NCBI RefSeq assembly: GCF_009914755.1
Contig: NC_060940.1
Reading direction: 5' to 3' (one strand)
Source of the DNA: the human T2T-CHM13v2.0 reference genome, Homo sapiens
Length of the DNA stretch: 64,000 nucleotides
Positions 56,383 to 64,000 of the stretch are shown here, in pieces. Made by a program: the position numbers and the translations under genes. The notes under the pieces were generated by a model. The model searched no databases and was not told where the DNA came from. It was given only the letters and a program-made list of their open reading frames with translations. Every line of letters begins with the position of its first letter. Position 1 is the first letter of the stretch.

Positions 56383-56401
56383 CTCATGTAATAGTAGATC
56401 C

Positions 56402-56779
<378 letters not shown>

Positions 56780-57835
56780 TCAGTGGTCTCACTTATTGCT
56801 GTGGCCATCCATATGCCTCCTTCTTTAATGGATATGCCAATTTTTTTTAGCTCTGTTTATCTATAAATTTGAATAAATTCTATATCAGTGTGTTAACAAT
56901 TTAACAAATATTATAGTTCAAGTAGGAGGGAGATGATTTTAGCATGTTTTCCTACCACTGTCCTGAAACAACTATGCTATTATGTTTCCGTAATCAATAC
57001 ATGTACAATGATTTAATGCAAAAGGTAACAACCCGTATCTCCCTTTGCAGATTTCTCTGAAGATTTGTTTATTTTCATTGTTTCGTTTACTATTTGTGTT
57101 TTAATTACACATTTCCCTTTGCCATCCCCCCCAAAATGTGGAAGGTAAACTCTCCTGGTAGCCCTCCAGCTGAGAAAACACAATAGCTTTCATAAACATT
57201 GAACTAATCAATTAGAATTTAGGGCTCTCATTTTAATTTATAAAGCTAGTTGTTTCAGATCTGAGTGAATCTAAAGATTAAGGTTTGATTAAAGGCATTA
57301 AACAAGTGGGTAAGATGTTTCTCTAGCTCTTTAGTGTTTAAGAAAAAAAAGCGTGCTCCACCAAATGATACAGAAGCAATGTTAATGAGTGCCTTGTCTG
57401 TTGCTTGCATTAATTAAAGCTATTCTCTTTTCCTTTTTAACTTCAAAGTACTTTGTATCAATGATAATTAATTGGAAAGGCCACTGCAGTTCTTCTTGAC
57501 AGAGACCTGGAAAGGAGATTTGATTTTAGTTTTAAGTCGTTAGCAATTCAAGCCAACAGTTTACATGTCTCATTCATTTTACTTTATTGCTTTGGAAATG
57601 TGTGTCCAGTTTCACAGTGTCTTGTATGTATTCAGAGTGTAACAATACATTAGCCATATTTTAAATATTTGAAATGAGTTTCAAAGGAAAAAAATGAAAG
57701 AAAAAAATAAAAGTTGAAATGCTGTGAACTTACAAATATTGACGGTAAAACAACTCTTAATGTTGCTTAATTCATAAAAGATGTTGGGTTATCTGTGATA
57801 TTTCTGAAGATCAGAATCTTTTTTAAAATGTTGCT

Positions 57836-57930
57836 CTCTTGATCCCAGGAGCTTGAGGTTACAGTGAGCTATGATTGCCCTACTGCATTTTAGACTGGGA
57901 GACAGAGCAAGACCCTGTTTTAAAAAAAAT
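57836..57930 (+). mobile_element. Old Alu/FLAM 3' fragment
   Basis: CCCAGGAG.TTGAGGTTACAGTGAGCTATGATTG..GACAGAGCAAGACCCTGT. Confidence 0.85.
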
Positions 57931-58253
57931 GTTTTTAAATATTGTATAGAATTCTATGTAATGAATGGATGTTAGTGTATATGTCTTTACAAATGTGAAC
58001 GTTTATAGTACTGTACCAGTTTTGCTATTGAAAGATTTCAATAAAATTTAGGCTTGCCTTTTATCATACATGGACGAGGTTTGGTTTGCTTTATTTTTGT
58101 TTTTATTGTTGTTGTTATTGTTTTTCCCTTTGATAAATACCAGTAAATGTAAATACTAAGCAAAGGTAATGCATATTTAAAATTTCTATAGATGATGACA
58201 TATTTTGGTCTAAAAATACTGGGATATTCTACATTTTGACTATGAATTTATGA

Positions 58254-58614
<361 letters not shown>

Positions 58615-59516
58615 TAAAGAATTTTTTAAAAGCCAGCACACTGTTTTTATATTATGCATTTATTTAATAGTATTGAAGTTGAGTCTTTCAAATGCGTATA
58701 CTCTTTTGTATTTTCTTGCCACTGAAGAGACTGTTCACATGTTTTCAATTTTTGTAGGATTTTCAATCACCTTTTTCTATTTTTTAATTTGTCCTTTATA
58801 ATTAAATTAGTTAATTGACCAATGTTATATTTATTTAAAATACCCCAGGTTAATCTCATGTATACTAGCATTTGCTAGCCAGTGTTAGTATCTACTCTCT
58901 ATTACCTATACCATAAACTCTAATCTATTTAATCTGCCAGTTAATCCCTTCTATGATGTGAGTTTTTTTTAAGTTTTTACTTTTTCTTTTGTTAACTTTT
59001 TAACTAAAACTTGTGGTATTTCTAAACTCACTTTTAAATTCTATCTGGCATGAGCCCAGGATTACTATGGTATACAAGAAATATTTGCTGCACTGATCAA
59101 CTCACCATGGCCACCCACTCCTGGGGTCCCAGACAGCTTATTCTTAAAGATAGTACCTAGCTCTCAGAGTGTTAGCACCTCAGTCACATTTCCCCATCTG
59201 AGATGTCTCTAGGAATTTGAGGACAGGGCCTGAAATCAATCAGTTATTCTAATAATAAACTATTCTGAGCCACTTGTAAAAGCAATGTGATAATATGAAT
59301 GTGTTTTTCACAGTAGAAAAAGTTAAAGACAGTCCTCATCACGTGACGGTAACAGTTTTGGTAGTTTTTCATTCTTTTACCTTTAAAAGAATTTATATAA
59401 AGTGTAACAATATCTGGAAAATGGTAATCTCACAATAAATGTTAAAAAGCATCATTTTTATTAAATGAGATCATTGTAATTATAGTTTTTGATAGTTTAG
59501 ATTATTATTACTCTTC

Positions 59517-59965
59517 CTGTCCCTGATCTTAGGTTGATGAATTCTACTTTCCCTCTCAAGTGATGTGTCCTTGACTGTATGACTTGCTTTGACCAATAGG
59601 AGGTTGGCAAAAGTGATGTATGCAGAATTAATATACGGTACGTACTTGTGCAGCTTAACTTGGCTTTTGCACCTTACTGATTCACCATGAGAAAACTATG
59701 CCCCAGGTACCTGTTGTTTTTAGAACCTGGGCCCCAAAACAAAAGTTCATGGAACAGTTCTAAATGTAACCCAGAGCCCAGAGCCATGTTCAACTGGATC
59801 TGCATCCTGACACAAAGCCACCCAGCTGAGACCATCACAGGCTCAGCAAAATCACAGTTGACCAGTACCCCCTTCACTGAGTGTGAGAATAAATGCTTAC
59901 TACTGTAAGCCACTCAGTTTGAGGATTATTTGTTATATCATTTGGGTGGTAGCTTAAAGGTATAG
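59517..59965 (+). mobile_element. MLT1I/J-type LTR
   Basis: TGACTTGCTTTGACCAATAG..GAGAATAAATGCTTA..GTAAGCCACT.AGTTTG. Confidence 0.75.
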
Positions 59966-60694
59966 CACTGGTGCCCATGGCATTCATAATAACAGTAATA
60001 GGTTGTCAAATGCTTACCATAGCTTTTCTCATTTGATCTGCCTACAACTATAGATGTTGTATTATCCTTAGACACAGAAAACTTAAGTAACATATTGAAA
60101 TAAAAATATAATGTTATAAACCTAGCATTACAACCCAGCCTTTCTGAATTTAGTATCCCTGTTCTTAGTGACCATAACATACAGTCTCACCAGATGTCCA
60201 AAATATGACTCCTCAAGAAAATAACACAATGTGTTTTAAGGTCTTTGCAAGCATATCAGATATTGTTTCCATGTAAGTATGAATCTGGCCTAATCTGACA
60301 TGAAAAGTACAAAATAAAGCAGTAATTCCTAATCTCAGTTATTCCTGGGAATTGCCCAGTGGTGGCAGCGAGGAGAGCATGAGGATGTTCAGGGTTCAGC
60401 ATGGACATTCTAAAACAGAAACTTCAGGACTAGGGACTATGTATATTTATTTAGAATAAGTTATTTAGTCAACCTTGCAGGAGCCAGAATTTCATCTCTC
60501 CAAGGGACTCTTAGGGTAGGAATAGTGATTTTTACTAAGAAAAAGTCTTAGTTTATACTTTATTTTCTAAATGCCAAGTGACTCGGACCTCCATTTTTAC
60601 TTAGAAAGAATGTCATGTCCAGTATACTGAGCTCAATATGGACTCATTAAGGAAAACTTTATGTTCCCCATCTTAACTGTTTAAGGAGTGTAGC

Positions 60695-60920
60695 ATCATG
60701 AAAAGGTCATGACATTACAAGTCAAAAAATCTCTGGTTCCAATCCCATCTCTGTCTTCCTACCTGTGTGACTTTAGACATGCCACCTAAACTCTCAAAAT
60801 TTAACTTTAATTATTTTTAAAAATACAGTATAATTTTCCTTATCGAGTAGGTTTTTGGGGGAGGATTTATGAAGATAATATATTTTAGACCATCCTGTTT
60901 AATGGCACAATTTGGTCTGC
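60695..60920 (+). mobile_element. MIR
   Basis: TGGTTCCAATCCCA.CTCTG..TA.CTGTGTGACTTT. Confidence 0.6.
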
Positions 60921-63743
60921 ATTCAGTACACATCAGGAATTATGATCCTTTCTTATATATATTAAGTTGTATGGAAGACACGTGGAAATAAGAAAACAAA
61001 GACTGTAAAACTCTCAATTTTTAAAAGTCCTGTGAGCATAGGAGGCTGGATGAGTGCTTTTCCTCAAAAAAACACAATCCAGGAGTCAGAGCCTAAGTTT
61101 ACTTAGGAAATAGGCCTCAGGATACTATTGCCTTCACAGCTTGTCTTTGCTGTCAAAAAAAGAAACCAGGCTTCTAATTGGCTGTGACCACAGAGCCTTG
61201 GACCAGAATCCCAAATTTACAAAATAAAAAGTTGTCTCCAGGTAGTGAAACTGATCTGGAATTCTTTATTTTCTAAATTCATGAAAAGATATAATAATGT
61301 AACTCATCCATAGTCATTCATTTACATAATATCTATATGCATGCTTGCCTATCCCTAATTTAGAGCAATATTAACTTTTTGATACTTAAAAGATTGTTAG
61401 TTTTTTTTAAATAAATTCAAATGATATAGTGGGTATTAAACAACAGACAATATAATTGTTTCTATACAAAATAATATTTTTTCCTATGTCAACCTATCCC
61501 GCCCTGTTTTCCAGATAGGCAAAGCAAATTCTCAGCCCTATATTCCTACTGGAAAATGGAAACCTAAAGATGTTAAGTGATATGCCCAAGAAACTACAGG
61601 AAATATAGGCAAGAAATATATATATTTTTTAAAATACTGACACAGTGCTCATTTTACTAAAACTTGCTGAAACTTTGGGAAATTGTGTCCTGTTAGAAAT
61701 CAGCATGCGTATCAAGGTAAGAAACTTCAATATCTCATTTATTTTCTAAGTTATTACCACACCTCTCAATTACTGGAAGAACATTCAGTTTCATTAATCT
61801 CAAGACAGGGGACCAACTCTTTTTATTTTTTTTAAACCCTGGTTTCAGTGTGTCCAGAAAAGAGGTCTATATATTGCTGTGTAGATATATAGCTAAATAG
61901 GTACCTCAGATGATGAACTGCTATAGAGACAAAGTATCCAGAAACAACTCTTTGAAGAAGGAATGAGCGAGAAGCCAAACCTGATTACTGAGAGGTGAAA
62001 TTTATGATGAACACAGTGTCAGAAGGAAAATCACAAATCAGAGAATTGAGTGGTGAGCTGAGTTCAAAAGGGTTCAAGACCATGTCAAGGTCTCATAGTG
62101 AGCAAGTGGCAGAGTTTGGAGCCACGCGGTTGACTGCTATGATCAGATGTGCTCAACAGTTTTGATGGTGGGTAGAGATTTGGATGGATGGGTGCATGCC
62201 TGCATGAAAGTGAGAATAAATTTTAATTCATAATCTAGAAAACAATCAACATCATTCAACATAATGGATGGCATGGCAACACATGGGAAAAAAGATATGT
62301 TGTCTAAAAAAGTGCTCTGCTTTTGTTAAAAACATTATTTGGAAAAATAAATAAATAACATATTGCAATAGGGTGGTGAATATTCTCATGTTGGGTTTCC
62401 AAATGTCCTTCCCTTAACAAATAGGTCAATTTAAATAGATGATGCAAACAAGGAAGAGCTCTTTCCTTGGAGAAAATGCACAGTATGTCTTCCCCTTATC
62501 TAGTTTGGTACAAGGGAAAGTCTGCATGAGGCAGGGACTTGGTTTTGGCTGTGGCCATAAGATGGTGACAAGTACTGAACACTCAGGATCTGTTTTTTTA
62601 TCCTGTTCCTGCTGAGTTCCTCCTGTCTTTCCAAAAATTACTCACTATCACCAAGTCTCGGACCCAGGTTTCCTCACTAGTAAAATAAAAAGGCTCATTT
62701 GGCGATTTCTGAAATTATAAGTTTAGTCTACCTAGATTCTCTTCTTGTCCAGAAAAAAGCCAAGGGCCATATGAATGAATCCCTTATAAAATTATTTTTG
62801 CTTTGAGATGCCCATGACTTCAGCTCTGGCTTCAGAATGTTTCTATTGCTTCATATAATCACATTCAAAGTCATTTTAATTGTTTTTTTTCTTTGCATGC
62901 CTACTGTTCTGTGTTCATTTTTCTCTGCACCTAATTTGATGGCAAAGTAAGGCCAGGAATATATAGAAATCCATCCTCTAGCCATTGCATTAATTGATGC
63001 CTGGGAGTAAGGCAATGCTATCTAATGAGACTGAATCAAGTGATTGGTACAAAATGCTGATTTTCAAATACATTTTATCTAACCATTTGAGCTGCCTTGA
63101 AAATTGGCATAATTTAACAGTCTGAGCCTCTAAGATAAGGTAATTCTTGATTCATATTTTTCATTTCACAGGAGAGGGAATGAGAAGGCAAGGTTTGATG
63201 TGAGTGACTTCAGTACCTATTGACTGTAACAGAGTATACTTTTCAAACACACATGAAAAAAATGTAAATTATTAAATTACCTGAAGTGATTCTGAATAAG
63301 TAGACCCACCCTAACATCTACTACAAATGAAGCTTCTCTTTTCTTAAAAAAAAAAAAAAGCCCCTCATAATCAAAGGACTATGAATATTCAGAATAAAAA
63401 TGGGATTAGAAAATTTTGTGATGCTTGTACAATGAGAGGAAAGAAATGAGATTGTTAATTCATTGGGTCACATCATATCCATTCCAGATTCCATGGTTTA
63501 ACACTTCTTCCTCACTACAGAGGATTCATTATGAAGTAAAAGCAATTGTAGAATACATTTTCCTGAATAATGGCAAGAAAACTGCCATATAATTACCGAG
63601 AATTAAAAACGAAAATAATGCGTGTGTGTGTGTTCACATGTGTGAGCACACATTTTGCAATATACGCATAAGAATAAGCATTGATGAGAGGCAGAGTAAA
63701 TGTTATGAACCCTATTTCCATAGAGTAAATCAAGTTATATGAA

Positions 63744-64000
63744 TGTGAACCCCAAATATCTGAGACAGATCTCAATTTAGGAAGTTTATTTTGCCAAAGT
63801 TAAGGACACGCCTGTGACACAGACTTAGGAAATCCCGAGGACATGTGCCTGTGGTGATCAGGGTACAGCTTCTTTTATCCATTTTAGGGAGACATAAGGC
63901 ATCAATCAATATATGTAAGATGTACAATGGTTCAGTCTGGTAAGGCAGGACAACTGGAAGTGGGGCCTTCCAGGTTAGAAGTAGATAAGAGACAAAAGGT
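63744..64000 (-). mobile_element. MER4A-type ERV1 LTR, cut by the window edge
   Basis: TGTGAACCC.AAATATCTGAGACAG.TCTCA..AGTTTATTTTGCCAA.GTTAAGGAC..CATTTTAGGGAGACAT. Confidence 0.88.

Noticed and set aside
63150-63206. 28 bp micro-exon candidate (TTTCACAG ... AT/GTGAGT)
   Set aside because: Not a multiple of three, no partner exons; such site pairs are common by chance

Overview
AT-rich, CpG-poor primate (human-like) nuclear DNA, either intergenic or deep-intronic. I find no credible protein-coding exon, RNA gene or CpG island, and the listed ORFs are repeat read-throughs or chance ORFs. Much of the window is interspersed repeat: about 15 Alus or Alu monomers (J, S and Y types), L1 pieces (L1PA, L1MA, L1MC, old L1M), a near full-length Tigger1, and MITEs (Tigger3a, MER30, MADE1, MER47A, MER44A). 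It also has MaLR LTRs (a THE1C solo LTR, a THE1D/MSTA-type provirus with internal region, MST and MLT1 LTRs), a MER4-group LTR, MIRs and microsatellites. The most notable structure no standard annotation explains is a ~340 bp stretch of apparently non-repeat DNA (21557-21897) copied ~1.4 kb downstream into an old L1. That copy has an exact 18 bp target-site duplication and a stuttered, re-templated junction, and was later hit by an AluY. Next to it is a THE1C LTR with an intact DUX4 site and the CCTCCCT recombination-hotspot 7-mer. Repeat subfamily names come from recalled consensus sequences and need RepeatMasker/Dfam confirmation. I see no evidence for a new gene system.
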